A DNA stretch of 64,000 nucleotides from Magnetococcales bacterium (lineage in GTDB: Bacteria; Pseudomonadota; Magnetococcia; Magnetococcales; DC0425bin3): positions 84,103-148,102 of the forward strand of contig JADGCO010000001.1 in the NCBI GenBank assembly GCA_015228935.1, given 5' to 3'. Every line of letters begins with the position of its first letter. Positions within the stretch are counted from its first letter, which is position 1. The notes beneath the pieces were generated by a model. The model made no database searches. It saw only the letters and a program-made list of their open reading frames with translations, and had not been told where the DNA came from. Positions 54,972 through 64,000 of this stretch are shown in pieces. A program made the position numbers and the translations under genes.

Positions 54972-55502
54972 TCAGACCCATACCTGTTTGACGGCCATTC
55001 CCCGTTTGGCGGCCACTTCTTCGGGGGCACGAATATCCTGCAAGGCGCGGAAGGTGGCCTTGATCAGGTTATGGGGATTGGACGTTCCGGTTGATTTGGC
55101 CAGAATATCACGAATACCCAGGGCTTCGAAGATGGGACGCATGGAGCCACCGGCGATGATGCCTGTACCGTCGGCTGCCGGTCGCAGGACGACCGAGCCT
55201 GAGCCAAACTTGCCGACCATTTCGTGGTGCAGGGTGCGTCCATCGCGTATGGGGATGGTGACCATGGACTTTTTGGCCTGTTCGGTGGCTTTACGGATAC
55301 TCTCGGGGACCTCTTTGGCCTTGCCGAGTCCGTAGCCCACCATGCCGTGTCCATTACCCACCACGACAATGGCGGAAAAATTGAATCGGCTCCCACCCTT
55401 GACGACCTTGGCCGTCCGTTTGATGACAACCAATTTTTCGATGAGGTCTTCGTTTTGCCAATTTTCCGCGTTTCGGCGCGCATTTGTCATGACAGCATCC
55501 AC
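54972..55502 (-). CDS. rpsE: 30S ribosomal protein S5
   Basis: ..[42 protein letters not shown]. The start may be M1 or M5. Confidence 0.9.
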   Translation of the reverse strand: MDAVMTNARRNAENWQNEDLIEKLVVIKRTAKVVKGGSRFNFSAIVVVGNGHGMVGYGLGKAKEVPESIRKATEQAKKSMVTIPIRDGRTLHHEMVGKFGSGSVVLRPAADGTGIIAGGSMRPIFEALGIRDILAKSTGTSNPHNLIKATFRALQDIRAPEEVAAKRGMAVKQVWV

Positions 55503-55546
55503 TTCTTCAAAACCGGTCCTCCAGGCTTACTCGCATCGGTGTCCGA

Positions 55547-55912
55547 CTAGAACTCCAGACCACCTTCCCGGGCCGCATCAGCCAGAGCTTTGGTCCGGCC
55601 ATGGTAGCGGAAGCCACCCCGGTCAAAGACCACCCGGGTGATATTGGCTTCCTTGGCTTTTTCGGCCAATCGACGCCCGACATGGGCAGCGGCGTTGATA
55701 TTGCCGCCATATTTGATCTGCTCCCGGACTTCGCGTTCCAGGGTTGAGGCCGACACGACGGTCTCTCCCTTGCTGTCGTCGATAATCTGGGCGTAGATCT
55801 GTTTTGTACTCCGGAAAACCGAGAGGCGCAGCCTGTCACCGGTGACTTGCCGGATTTTGTAGCGCACCCGGTTTGCGCGGGTATGTTTTGTTTTTTGCCG
55901 ATCCTTTGCCAT
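55547..55912 (-). CDS. rplR: 50S ribosomal protein L18
   Basis: ..[46 protein letters not shown]. Confidence 0.95.
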   Translation of the reverse strand: MAKDRQKTKHTRANRVRYKIRQVTGDRLRLSVFRSTKQIYAQIIDDSKGETVVSASTLEREVREQIKYGGNINAAAHVGRRLAEKAKEANITRVVFDRGGFRYHGRTKALADAAREGGLEF

Positions 55913-55926
55913 GGACCGTTCCTCTC

Positions 55927-56460
55927 TTACTTCTTCTTACCTTCTTTGCGCAAGACCGTCTCTTCCAGATAACGGATACCTTTACCCTTATATGGTTCTG
56001 GCGGCCGGTAGTCCCGGATTTCGGCACAGGTTTGACCGAGTCTCTCCCGGTCTGCTCCTGTCAGGGTCAACAGGGTATTTTTTTCGACTTCGACGTTGAC
56101 CCCTTCTGGCAGGGCATAATCGATGGGATGTGAGTATCCCAGGGTCAGCTTGAGGACCCGTCCGCTGACGGCAGCCCGGTAACCGACACCGACGATTTCC
56201 ATCTTGCGGGTGAACCCTTCCGAGACGCCATGCACCATATTGTTCAGCAGGCTTCTGGTCAAGCCCCACAGGGCTTTTCCTTCACGATCATCCCGGCGGG
56301 GCGAAACCCTGATTGTACCACTCTCGACATGAATTTCCACGTCCTGATGAAAGGTTCGGGTCAATGTACCACGTTTTCCTTTGATCGACACGGTCTGGTG
56401 ATCCACCTTCACATCCACTCCAGAGGGTACGGGAATGGGTTTTTTGCCAATTCTCGACAT
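55927..56460 (-). CDS. rplF: 50S ribosomal protein L6
   Basis: [19 protein letters not shown]... Confidence 0.95.
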   Translation of the reverse strand: MSRIGKKPIPVPSGVDVKVDHQTVSIKGKRGTLTRTFHQDVEIHVESGTIRVSPRRDDREGKALWGLTRSLLNNMVHGVSEGFTRKMEIVGVGYRAAVSGRVLKLTLGYSHPIDYALPEGVNVEVEKNTLLTLTGADRERLGQTCAEIRDYRPPEPYKGKGIRYLEETVLRKEGKKK

Positions 56461-56472
56461 CGTTTTTCCCCG

Positions 56473-56871
56473 TTAAAAAACGGTACAGATCAATTCGCCA
56501 CCCACGCCCATTTCCCGTGCCTGGCGGGTTGAGACCACGCCTTTGCTTGTCGAGAGAATGGAGATGCCCAGTCCACGGTTGACCCGGGGAATGTCATCCT
56601 TGCCGAAGTAGAGACGCCGCCCTGGCGTCGAGCAACGGCGAATTTTTTCAATCACCGGTCGGCTGTTGTGATATTTCAGCTTGATGCGCAGGGCTGGCCA
56701 ACCATCGGCCCCGTCGAATCTTTCGACACTGGCCACATACCCTTCCGTGACCAGGATCTGGCAAATGCGTTCCTTGATCTTGGAAAAGGGGAGTTCCACC
56801 ATCCCTTTGCGTATGGCCTGGGCGTTGCGAATGCGGGTCAGCATATCGCTGATTGGATCGGTCATTCCCAT
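56473..56871 (-). CDS. rpsH: 30S ribosomal protein S8
   Basis: Trimmed to MGMTDPISDMLTRIRNAQ... Confidence 0.9.
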   Translation of the reverse strand: MGMTDPISDMLTRIRNAQAIRKGMVELPFSKIKERICQILVTEGYVASVERFDGADGWPALRIKLKYHNSRPVIEKIRRCSTPGRRLYFGKDDIPRVNRGLGISILSTSKGVVSTRQAREMGVGGELICTVF

Positions 56872-56897
56872 GAAACAACTCCGAAATGCTCCAAATG

Positions 56898-57083
56898 TTA
56901 CCAGGATGCCTTGATGATACCGGGAATTTCTCCGCGGAGCGCCAACTGGCGCACGCAGATCCGGCACATCGTGAACTTGCGCAAGTAGCCGCGTGGACGT
57001 GAGCAACGCTGACACCGGTTATAGGTCCGCACTTTGAATTTGGGCTTGCGCTTCGCTTTCGCGATCAACGATTTTTTGGCCAT
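56898..57083 (-). CDS. rpsN: 30S ribosomal protein S14, short zinc-binding (type Z) form
   Basis: 61 aa with CQRC..(13)..CRIC, ending ..GIIKASW. Confidence 0.9.
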   Translation of the reverse strand: MAKKSLIAKAKRKPKFKVRTYNRCQRCSRPRGYLRKFTMCRICVRQLALRGEIPGIIKASW

Positions 57084-57101
57084 GAACAGATTCCCTGACG
57101 A

Positions 57102-57644
57102 TCAATTCCTGAAGGGCATTCTGAAGCCACGCAACAGGGCCTTTGCTTCCTGATCGGTCCTGGCGGTGGTGACGATGATGATATCCATGCCGCGCACGGC
57201 ATCCACCTTGTCATAGTTGATTTCCGGAAAAATGATCTGTTCCTTGATGCCCAGGGCATAGTTGCCGCGGCCATCGAAGGAGGTTCCGGAAACGCCGCGA
57301 AAGTCGCGGACACGGGGCAAGGCGGCATTGACCAACCTGTCGAGAAACTCGTACATGCGATCCCGACGCAGGGTGACCCGGCAGCCGATGGGCATTCCTT
57401 CGCGAATCTTGAATCCGGCGATGGATTTTCTGGCCTTGGTCATGACGGCTTTTTGTCCGGAGACGGCGGTCATGTCGTCGATTGCTCCCTGAAGGTGGCT
57501 TTTATCGACTGCGGCCTCCCCTACCCCCATGTTCAGGACGATTTTTTCCAGACGCGGGACCTGCATGATGTTGGTGTATTTAAACTCCTGCATCAGGGCG
57601 GGAACGATCTCCGACACATATATATCTTTCAACCTGCTGGACAT
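57102..57644 (-). CDS. rplE: 50S ribosomal protein L5
   Basis: Trimmed to [21 protein letters not shown]... Confidence 0.9.
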   Translation of the reverse strand: MSSRLKDIYVSEIVPALMQEFKYTNIMQVPRLEKIVLNMGVGEAAVDKSHLQGAIDDMTAVSGQKAVMTKARKSIAGFKIREGMPIGCRVTLRRDRMYEFLDRLVNAALPRVRDFRGVSGTSFDGRGNYALGIKEQIIFPEINYDKVDAVRGMDIIIVTTARTDQEAKALLRGFRMPFRN

Positions 57645-57664
57645 CTTCTGTTCCTCATCCCTCA

Positions 57665-58006
57665 TCAGCTATCGAGTACATCCCCGGAGCGGCAGGCGAT
57701 ACGAACTTTCCGGCCATCTTCCAGGATTTTTTTACCGATGCGCACCCCTTTACCCGTATCCGGATCCACGATCATGACGTTGGAGATATGGATGGGGGCC
57801 TCTTTTTCGATGATGCCACCCTCTTTGCCGGCGGCGGGTTTGGTATGGCGCTTGACCATGTTGAGTTTGGTTACCAGGACAGCGTGAGAATCGGGCAGCA
57901 TTTGCAGGATTTCACCACGCTTGCCACTTTCCTTCCCGGCGATGACGACCACCTGGTCGCCTTTCTTCAGGTTGGTCCGGAAATTTCCTTTTTTCATGGC
58001 CTGCAC
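57665..58006 (-). CDS. rplX: 50S ribosomal protein L24
   Basis: ..[21 protein letters not shown].. KOW motif. Confidence 0.9.
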   Translation of the reverse strand: MQAMKKGNFRTNLKKGDQVVVIAGKESGKRGEILQMLPDSHAVLVTKLNMVKRHTKPAAGKEGGIIEKEAPIHISNVMIVDPDTGKGVRIGKKILEDGRKVRIACRSGDVLDS

Positions 58007-58375
58007 CTACAACACTTCTGGAGCCAGGGAGACAATTTTCATGAAGTTGCGACTCCGCAACTCACGGGTCACCGGTCCGAATATACGGGTCCCGATCGGC
58101 TCGCCCTGGGCATTGATCAGCACGGCGGCATTGGAATCGAACCGGATATAGGAGCCATCGGGGCGACCCATCTCTTTCCGGGTCCGCACGACCACGGCGC
58201 GGGCCACTTCCCCTTTTTGCACTTTGCCACGGGGCATGGCGGACTTGATCGAGACGATGATCACGTCGCCGATGCGGGCATAGCGCCGTCTGGAACCGCC
58301 GAGTACCTTGATGCACTGCACTTTCTTGGCACCGGAATTGTCGGCCACATCCATAATGGTTTGTACTTGTATCAT
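58007..58375 (-). CDS. rplN: 50S ribosomal protein L14
   Basis: Trimmed to [27 protein letters not shown].. (122 aa). Confidence 0.95.
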   Translation of the reverse strand: MIQVQTIMDVADNSGAKKVQCIKVLGGSRRRYARIGDVIIVSIKSAMPRGKVQKGEVARAVVVRTRKEMGRPDGSYIRFDSNAAVLINAQGEPIGTRIFGPVTRELRSRNFMKIVSLAPEVL

Positions 58376-58647
58376 GGGACACCTGCCGCATCGTCCGGGG
58401 TGACTTTGGCTCCGGCAACCTGCTCGATCACTTTCCAGCACTTGGTCTTGCTGATCGGACGACACTCTTCGATGCGCACCACATCGCCGATTTTACAAGC
58501 ATTTTCGGCATCGTGGGCGTGATATTTCTTGTTGCGTCGGACAATTTTTCCATAGAGCGGATGCCGGATTTTCCGTTCCACCTGGACCACAACGGTTTGT
58601 TGCATTTTGTCGCTGACTACTTTTCCCTGCATCACCCGCCTGGCCAT
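58372..58647 (-). CDS. rpsQ: 30S ribosomal protein S17
   Basis: Trimmed to [34 protein letters not shown]... The stop overlaps the rplN ATG. Confidence 0.9.
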   Translation of the reverse strand: MARRVMQGKVVSDKMQQTVVVQVERKIRHPLYGKIVRRNKKYHAHDAENACKIGDVVRIEECRPISKTKCWKVIEQVAGAKVTPDDAAGVP

Positions 58648-58651
58648 GACT

Positions 58652-58867
58652 CTATGACTCCTGTTCCTTGCGGACCCGCGCACCAAGAACGGTCTTGATG
58701 CGGGCGATCTCTTTGCGGACCTGGCCGATCCGTGACGTTTTTTCGAGCCGCATTGTGGCTTTCTGGAAGCGGAGGTTGAACGACTCCTGGCTCAAGGTAC
58801 GGAGTTTTTCTTCCAGGGCTGCGTCCGACAGGCCGCGCAAATCGGCTGCTGTTGTTGCTGTCATCAC
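58652..58867 (-). CDS. rpmC: 50S ribosomal protein L29
   Basis: ..[26 protein letters not shown]... Confidence 0.9.
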   Translation of the reverse strand: MMTATTAADLRGLSDAALEEKLRTLSQESFNLRFQKATMRLEKTSRIGQVRKEIARIKTVLGARVRKEQES

Positions 58868-59283
58868 ACACCTCCGCCACGCATGACGAACTTGGTTGGT
58901 ATCGCCAGTTTGGCACCGGCCAGTCCCATGGCTTCACGGGCCAGATCCTCGGTCACACCTTCCATTTCATACAGGATGCGCCCGGCCTTGACGCGGGCAA
59001 TCCAGAACTCCGGGTTGCCTTTGCCTTTGCCTTGCCGCACTTCGGGCGGTTTTTTGGAGACTGGTATATCCGGAAAAATGCGAATCCAGATGCGTCCACC
59101 ACGGCGGATCTTGCGGGTCATCGCCCGGCGTCCGGCCTCGATCTGCCGGGCTGTGATGCGTCCGGCGGTCATGGCTTTCAGACCGTACTGTCCGAATGCC
59201 AACTCCGCGCCTCGATAGGCCAAGCCGTGTATCCGACCTTTGAAGGCCTTGCGGAATTTCCGTTTTTTGGGTTGCAACAGCAT
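58864..59283 (-). CDS. rplP: 50S ribosomal protein L16
   Basis: [20 protein letters not shown]... Confidence 0.95.
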   Translation of the reverse strand: MLLQPKKRKFRKAFKGRIHGLAYRGAELAFGQYGLKAMTAGRITARQIEAGRRAMTRKIRRGGRIWIRIFPDIPVSKKPPEVRQGKGKGNPEFWIARVKAGRILYEMEGVTEDLAREAMGLAGAKLAIPTKFVMRGGGV

Positions 59284-59302
59284 GGGTTTCGGCCCTCAAC
59301 CA

Positions 59303-59941
59303 CTATTTCTGGTCCTTGTCGATGATCTCGCCTTTGAACACCCACACCTTGACCCCGATGATCCCGTAGGTAGTCAAGGCTTCGGAGAAGCCGAAATCAA
59401 TGTCTGCCCGCAAGGTATGCAGGGGGACGCGACCTTCACGATACCATTCGGTGCGGGCGATTTCGCCGCCGCCGAGTCTGCCGGCACAATTGATGCGGAT
59501 TCCCTGGGCACCGAGGCGCATGGCCGAGGTGACCGCCCGTTTCATGCCACGGCGAAACGCGACGCGCCGTACCAGTTGCTGGGCGACATTTTCCGCAATC
59601 AGTTGGGCATCCATCTCCGGTTTGCGCACTTCCACAATGTTGAGCTGCACATCGGTGCTGGCAACCTTGCGGATGTCTTCCTTCAACTTTTCAATATCGG
59701 TGCCTTTTTTCCCGATGATGATGCCGGGACGGGCCGAGTGGATATTGATGCGCGCTTTTTTGGCTGGTCTTTCAATCACGATCTTGGAGACACTGGCGTG
59801 TTCCAAGCGCTTTTTCAACCAAGCCCGCAGCTTGACGTCTTCGATGAGCAGTGCGGCATACTCTTTATCCGCATACCACCGGGTATCCCAGGTTTTGGTA
59901 TTGCCCAGCCTAAACCCGGTCGGATGTACCTTTTGCCCCAT
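59303..59941 (-). CDS. rpsC: 30S ribosomal protein S3
   Basis: [13 protein letters not shown]..; KH domain. Confidence 0.95.
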   Translation of the reverse strand: MGQKVHPTGFRLGNTKTWDTRWYADKEYAALLIEDVKLRAWLKKRLEHASVSKIVIERPAKKARINIHSARPGIIIGKKGTDIEKLKEDIRKVASTDVQLNIVEVRKPEMDAQLIAENVAQQLVRRVAFRRGMKRAVTSAMRLGAQGIRINCAGRLGGGEIARTEWYREGRVPLHTLRADIDFGFSEALTTYGIIGVKVWVFKGEIIDKDQK

Positions 59942-59983
59942 TTAATCGTCCTCTCTCGTCTTGCGCCTTGCGTCAAGCCACGG

Positions 59984-60325
59984 TCATTCCTTGGACCCCA
60001 CCGCGATGGTGATGTGGGATGTCCGTTTGAGAATCCGGCACGCCCGGCCTCGGGCACGTGGCCGAAATCTTTTCATCTTGGTTCCTTCATCCACGAAGGC
60101 ACGCAGTACGTACAGTGTGTCCACATCCAGGCCAAAATTGTTCTCGGCATTGGCGATGGCGGAACCCAGGGTCGTCTTGATCGTCCTGGCCACGCGCTTC
60201 TTGGAAAAAGTCAGCAATTCAAGCGCCTTGTCCACACCGAGGCCGCGTATCTGGTCGATGACCAGGCGAACCTTGGTGGGGGATACCCGAATATTACGGG
60301 TCAGTGCTACGGCTTCGCTTCCCAT
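59984..60325 (-). CDS. rplV: 50S ribosomal protein L22
   Basis: ..[19 protein letters not shown]... Confidence 0.95.
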   Translation of the reverse strand: MGSEAVALTRNIRVSPTKVRLVIDQIRGLGVDKALELLTFSKKRVARTIKTTLGSAIANAENNFGLDVDTLYVLRAFVDEGTKMKRFRPRARGRACRILKRTSHITIAVGSKE

Positions 60326-60340
60326 GCTTCTGTCCTCGTC

Positions 60341-60616
60341 TTATCGGCGGCTGGTCTTTTCGCCACCGTGACCGTGGTAGGTGCGCGTGGGGGAAAACTC
60401 CCCGAGCTTGTGCCCCACCATGTTCTCCGTCACCAGAACGGGAATAAACTTCCGGCCGTTGTGAACCCCAAAGGTATACCCCACAAACTCGGGTATGATG
60501 GTCGAACGCCGCGACCAGGTTTTTATCAGTTCTTTGCGCCCATCGCCACGGAGTTTCTCCACTTTCTTCAGGAGAAAGGCATCAAAGAAGGGGCCTTTCT
60601 TGATTGACCGTCCCAC
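60341..60616 (-). CDS. rpsS: 30S ribosomal protein S19
   Basis: [27 protein letters not shown]. Confidence 0.95.
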   Translation of the reverse strand: MGRSIKKGPFFDAFLLKKVEKLRGDGRKELIKTWSRRSTIIPEFVGYTFGVHNGRKFIPVLVTENMVGHKLGEFSPTRTYHGHGGEKTSRR

Positions 60617-60648
60617 AAGCCACCTCTTACCTTACGTGTTTTCCCGGT

Positions 60649-61479
60649 TTACCGGCGCCGCATGATCATGCGGTCGGACGGTTTACCTTTCTTCCGGGTC
60701 TTCTTACCTTTGGTCGGAAGGCCCCACGGACTTACCGGGTGACGCCCACCGGATGTCTTTCCCTCGCCACCGCCATGCGGATGGTCAACAGGATTCATGG
60801 CCACGCCACGAACCGAGGGTCGAATACCCATCCAACGTTTCCTGCCTGCCTTGCCAATCTTGATGTTGCCATGGTCCGCATTGGAGACCATGCCAACCGT
60901 ACCCATGCAATCCAGGAGGACCAACCGCATCTCACCGGATGGCAACTTCAACTGTGCATACTTTCCTTCTTTGCCCATCATCTGGACGGAGCTGCCTGCC
61001 GACCGGGCCATTTGTCCGCCTTTGAAGGGTTTCATCTCCACGTTATGCAGGATCGTCCCAATCGGCATGATCCGCAAGGGCATGGCATTCCCTGGTTTGA
61101 TATCCACGACGCCGGGTTTGACATCCGACAGGATGGTATCGCCGACTTCCAGCCTTTGCGGGGCCAGGATATACCTTTTTTCTCCATCCGCATACGTCAG
61201 AAGAGCAATGAACGCTGTCCGATTCGGATCATACTCAATCCGGGCAACCTTGGCAGGAATCCCATGCTTGTCCCGTTTGAAGTCAACAATCCGATAGCGT
61301 CGTTTATGCCCGCCCCCCTGGTGCCGCACGGTCAAGCGACCGTAATTGTTTCTTCCACCCCGACTCGGCAGGGGTCTCAGAAGGCTTTTTTCTGGTCCCT
61401 CCTTCGACAGCCCGGAATAATCGACGGTGATTAACTGGCGTCGCCCGGGGGAGGTGGGCTTGTAATTCCTGAGTGCCAT
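60649..61479 (-). CDS. rplB: 50S ribosomal protein L2
   Basis: ..GRNN.GR.T.RH.GGGHKR.YR..DF... Confidence 0.95.
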   Translation of the reverse strand: MALRNYKPTSPGRRQLITVDYSGLSKEGPEKSLLRPLPSRGGRNNYGRLTVRHQGGGHKRRYRIVDFKRDKHGIPAKVARIEYDPNRTAFIALLTYADGEKRYILAPQRLEVGDTILSDVKPGVVDIKPGNAMPLRIMPIGTILHNVEMKPFKGGQMARSAGSSVQMMGKEGKYAQLKLPSGEMRLVLLDCMGTVGMVSNADHGNIKIGKAGRKRWMGIRPSVRGVAMNPVDHPHGGGEGKTSGGRHPVSPWGLPTKGKKTRKKGKPSDRMIMRRR

Positions 61480-61500
61480 GCGCGGCCTCCCGAATTCGGG

Positions 61501-61800
61501 TTATCCCTTTTCAAAGAAATCGATGGACTGGCCCTCGACCAGACGGACGACAGCCTTTTTCCAATCTTTCCGGCGACCCACGGTCTTGCCGAAGCGCTTC
61601 TCTTTTCCACCCATGTTCAAAGTCTGAACTTCAAGGACTTTCACCTTGAACAGCGTCTCGACGGCGGCTTTGATCTGCGGCTTGTTGGCCCAGGTTGCGA
61701 CTTTGAACACCACCTGGTTGCCTCTTGCCATGACCATCGTCGATTTTTCAGTCACCACGGGAGCCTGCAAGACCCCAAACAAGGTCAATGCGTCGCTCAT
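61501..61800 (-). CDS. rplW: 50S ribosomal protein L23
   Basis: ..VVTEKSTMVMARGNQVVFKV... Confidence 0.95.
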   Translation of the reverse strand: MSDALTLFGVLQAPVVTEKSTMVMARGNQVVFKVATWANKPQIKAAVETLFKVKVLEVQTLNMGGKEKRFGKTVGRRKDWKKAVVRLVEGQSIDFFEKG

Positions 61801-62420
61801 GCCAGCCTCTCCTCAAGCTTGTCCAGCGCGGCTTCGGTGATGATCACTTTTTCATGCCGCAACAGATCGTAGACGTTGACTCCCTCCACCCGGATGACCG
61901 ATATCCCGGGCAGATTGCGCGCCGATACCTGCACCTGCACATCTTCGGCAGGAATGACGATCAGGGCCGAGCGTTCCGCACCTAGGTTGCTCAGAATGGT
62001 GCGCATGGCCTTTGTCTTGATTTCGGCCATTTCCAACTTGTCCAACAGGATCAGGTCGCCATCGATCCGTTTGACGGAAAGAGCTGTCTGCAAGGCCAGC
62101 CGCCGGACTTTCTTGGGCAAACTGGTTGCGTAGCTCCGCGGATGCGGTCCGAAGACCACGCCTCCTGTCCGAAACTGGGGGGCACGAATGGTCCCCTGGC
62201 GGGCATTCCCGGTCCCTTTTTGCCGGTAGGGTTTTCTGCCGCCCCCCCGGACATCGGAGCGGGTCTTGGTCGATGCACAACCCGAGCGCCGTTTGGCGAG
62301 TTGATATTGCACCATACGCGCCAGGAGGTCTTCACGCACCGGCCTGCCGAAGGTTTCATCCTTCAAGGCGATTTGGCGCAAATCCTGGTTGTTGGCATCT
62401 TTGAGCGGATGTTCAATCAT
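61797..62420 (-). CDS. rplD: 50S ribosomal protein L4
   Basis: ..[30 protein letters not shown]. Confidence 0.95.
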   Translation of the reverse strand: MIEHPLKDANNQDLRQIALKDETFGRPVREDLLARMVQYQLAKRRSGCASTKTRSDVRGGGRKPYRQKGTGNARQGTIRAPQFRTGGVVFGPHPRSYATSLPKKVRRLALQTALSVKRIDGDLILLDKLEMAEIKTKAMRTILSNLGAERSALIVIPAEDVQVQVSARNLPGISVIRVEGVNVYDLLRHEKVIITEAALDKLEERLA

Positions 62421-62431
62421 GGCTAGGTCCT

Positions 62432-63082
62432 TCAGCTCTGGTCACCTTTTTTGACGGCGTCCCGGACCAGGACCACCGAACCTTCCGCGCCGGGAACACT
62501 GCCAAAAACAATCAGCAGATTTTTCTCGGCATCCACAGCCGTCACGCGCAGGCTTTGGGCTGTCACATTTCTGTCTCCCATGTGGCCGGCCATTTTCTTG
62601 CCCGGCGGGACACGCCCGGGGGTTTGGCGTTGGCCGATGGAACCGGGAGAGCGATGCACCTTGTGTGCGCCGTGTGATGCCTTGCCGCCTTTGAAACCCC
62701 AGCGTTTCATCACGCCGGCATAACCCTTGCCGATGCTGCGTCCGGTCACATCCACCAACTGTCCGACCTTGAACAGCTCGACCGAGAGCTTCTGTCCGAC
62801 CTCGTACTGATCCGGATTGTCTACCCGAAACTCTTTCAGCACCCGTTGCGGGGGAATGTTCACTTTGGCGAAGTAGCCTTTTTCCGGCTTGTTCACCCGG
62901 CTGGGTTTTTTCTCTTCGAAGCCGACCTGAATGGCACTGTAACCATCCTTGTCCTGGCTCCGTTTGGCCACCACCGGACACGGCCCCAACTGCAACACGG
63001 TCACGGGTAGCCGTTCACCTTGTTCGGAAAAGGTCTGGGTCATTCCCAGCTTCCGGCCGATCAGTCCTGCGCGCATCCCCAA
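62432..63082 (-). CDS. rplC: 50S ribosomal protein L3
   Basis: ..GLIGRKLGMTQTF.. and ..GKGYAGVMKRWGFKGG..SHG... Confidence 0.95.
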   Translation of the reverse strand: MGMRAGLIGRKLGMTQTFSEQGERLPVTVLQLGPCPVVAKRSQDKDGYSAIQVGFEEKKPSRVNKPEKGYFAKVNIPPQRVLKEFRVDNPDQYEVGQKLSVELFKVGQLVDVTGRSIGKGYAGVMKRWGFKGGKASHGAHKVHRSPGSIGQRQTPGRVPPGKKMAGHMGDRNVTAQSLRVTAVDAEKNLLIVFGSVPGAEGSVVLVRDAVKKGDQS

Positions 63083-63149
63083 ATCCTTCCTTCAAAAACC
63101 TTCTTTCAATCCCAATACGGCCCGTGACTCAAAAGCCCATCCAGGCACA

Positions 63150-63458
63150 TCAGAGCTTGATTTCCACATTCACGCCGGCGGCCAGATCGAGCTTCATCAG
63201 GGCATCGACGGTCTGAGGCGTCGGATTGACGATATCGATCAATCTCTTATGCGTCCGGATCTCAAACTGCTCCCGGGACTTTTTGTCCACATGCGGCGAC
63301 CGCAGCACGGTATACCGGTTGATTTTGGTGGGCAGGGGTATTGGCCCACGAATCTCGGCCCCGGTACGCCGGGCTGTTTGTACGATTTCACCGGTAGACT
63401 GGTCAAGTATACGATGATCGAATGCTTTCAACCGAATACGGATCTTCTGGTTTTCCAT
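63150..63458 (-). CDS. rpsJ: 30S ribosomal protein S10
   Basis: [21 protein letters not shown]... Confidence 0.95.
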   Translation of the reverse strand: MENQKIRIRLKAFDHRILDQSTGEIVQTARRTGAEIRGPIPLPTKINRYTVLRSPHVDKKSREQFEIRTHKRLIDIVNPTPQTVDALMKLDLAAGVNVEIKL

Positions 63459-63702
63459 CCAAATTCACTCCGCCTGGCAGCCCCGTGGTTTGGCCTTGTG
63501 GCTTCCCGCCGTGGACCAACCGAACGTTTATTGCTTCTTCGCTGTCGCCAAGACACGCCGCGCTGCCTGTTGCCAGACCGGTAAGCGCATCATAAACCAC
63601 AATTATTTCTGTCTCATACTCCCGAACACACCGGCCTTGCCGACCCCCTGACCCGGAGTCGGACCGCCGCATATCCAGGCTTCCGCACCTGCTGATTCGC
63701 TG

Positions 63703-64000
63703 TCAACCCTTCACTTTGGCAATAATCTCTTGTGCGACGTTTTCCGGTACCTGTTCATAATGATCAAACTGCATGGTGAAGGTGGCGCGCCCCTGGGACA
63801 TGGAGCGAATGTCGGTCGCATAACCAAACATGCCCGCCAGAGGTGCCATGGCCTTGACAATCTGCGCACCACCGACGGAATCCATACCCTGGATCTGCCC
63901 GCGCCGTGAATTGAGGTCGCCGATGATGTCGCCCATGTACTCTTCCGGCATTTCAACCTCAACAGACATCACCGGCTCCAGAAGAACGGGCTTGGCTTTC
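63703..64000 (-). CDS. fusA: elongation factor G, 3' end only (the gene continues beyond the window)
   Basis: ..[57 protein letters not shown] is the EF-G domain IV/V C-terminus. Confidence 0.9.
   Translation of the reverse strand, partial: KAKPVLLEPVMSVEVEMPEEYMGDIIGDLNSRRGQIQGMDSVGGAQIVKAMAPLAGMFGYATDIRSMSQGRATFTMQFDHYEQVPENVAQEIIAKVKG

Noticed and set aside
51166-61434. Long plus-strand ORFs over the ribosomal operons (51166..52254, 53285..54823, 54622..55335, 57788..58522, 59240..60607, 60604..61434)
   Set aside because: They are antisense to universally conserved ribosomal protein, secY and rpoA genes.

Overview
This 64-kb chromosomal window comes from a diderm, proteobacterium-like genome that is moderately GC-rich. 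I cannot assign a taxon from sequence alone.

Left part (1-24 kb):
- Two outer-membrane beta-barrel genes and a methyl-accepting chemotaxis protein.
- Cobalamin genes cobD, cbiB and cbiA, split by an Rpn/DUF4351 nuclease-like gene.
- A visibly AT-rich acyltransferase gene.
- A tRNA-Leu to tRNA-Ser interval filled with decayed mobile DNA: an IS6 transposase remnant truncating a second Rpn paralogue.
- tadA, a lipoprotein gene, glycerate kinase, an HPt-REC-histidine kinase hybrid, and tamA-tamB.

Centre (24.4-41.0 kb): a tightly packed 12-gene island with no recognisable characterised pathway. This is the main candidate for a novel system. It contains:
- six radical-SAM enzymes (five SPASM/twitch-like, one B12-binding class B);
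- a GT9 glycosyltransferase and an oppositely oriented YfhO/DUF6044-like polytopic membrane protein;
- two SAM methyltransferases;
- an SDR fused to a Cys-rich unknown domain;
- a full-length but motif-degenerate PurH paralogue.

Right part (41-64 kb):
- infA, parE, tolC, a NifU-like gene and ampD.
- A decayed defence/mobile islet next to tRNA-Asn: an Abi pseudogene, a DNA methylase fragment and a frameshifted IS1595-type element with clear inverted repeats.
- A DUF62 SAM-hydrolase gene.
- The complete S10-spc-alpha ribosomal super-operon on the minus strand (fusA 3' end to rplQ). Its oddities are no tuf between fusA and rpsJ, long internal spacers, and a zinc-type S14.

No rRNA genes or CRISPR arrays were seen. 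Many long antisense or alternate-frame ORFs in the supplied track look like GC-bias artefacts.
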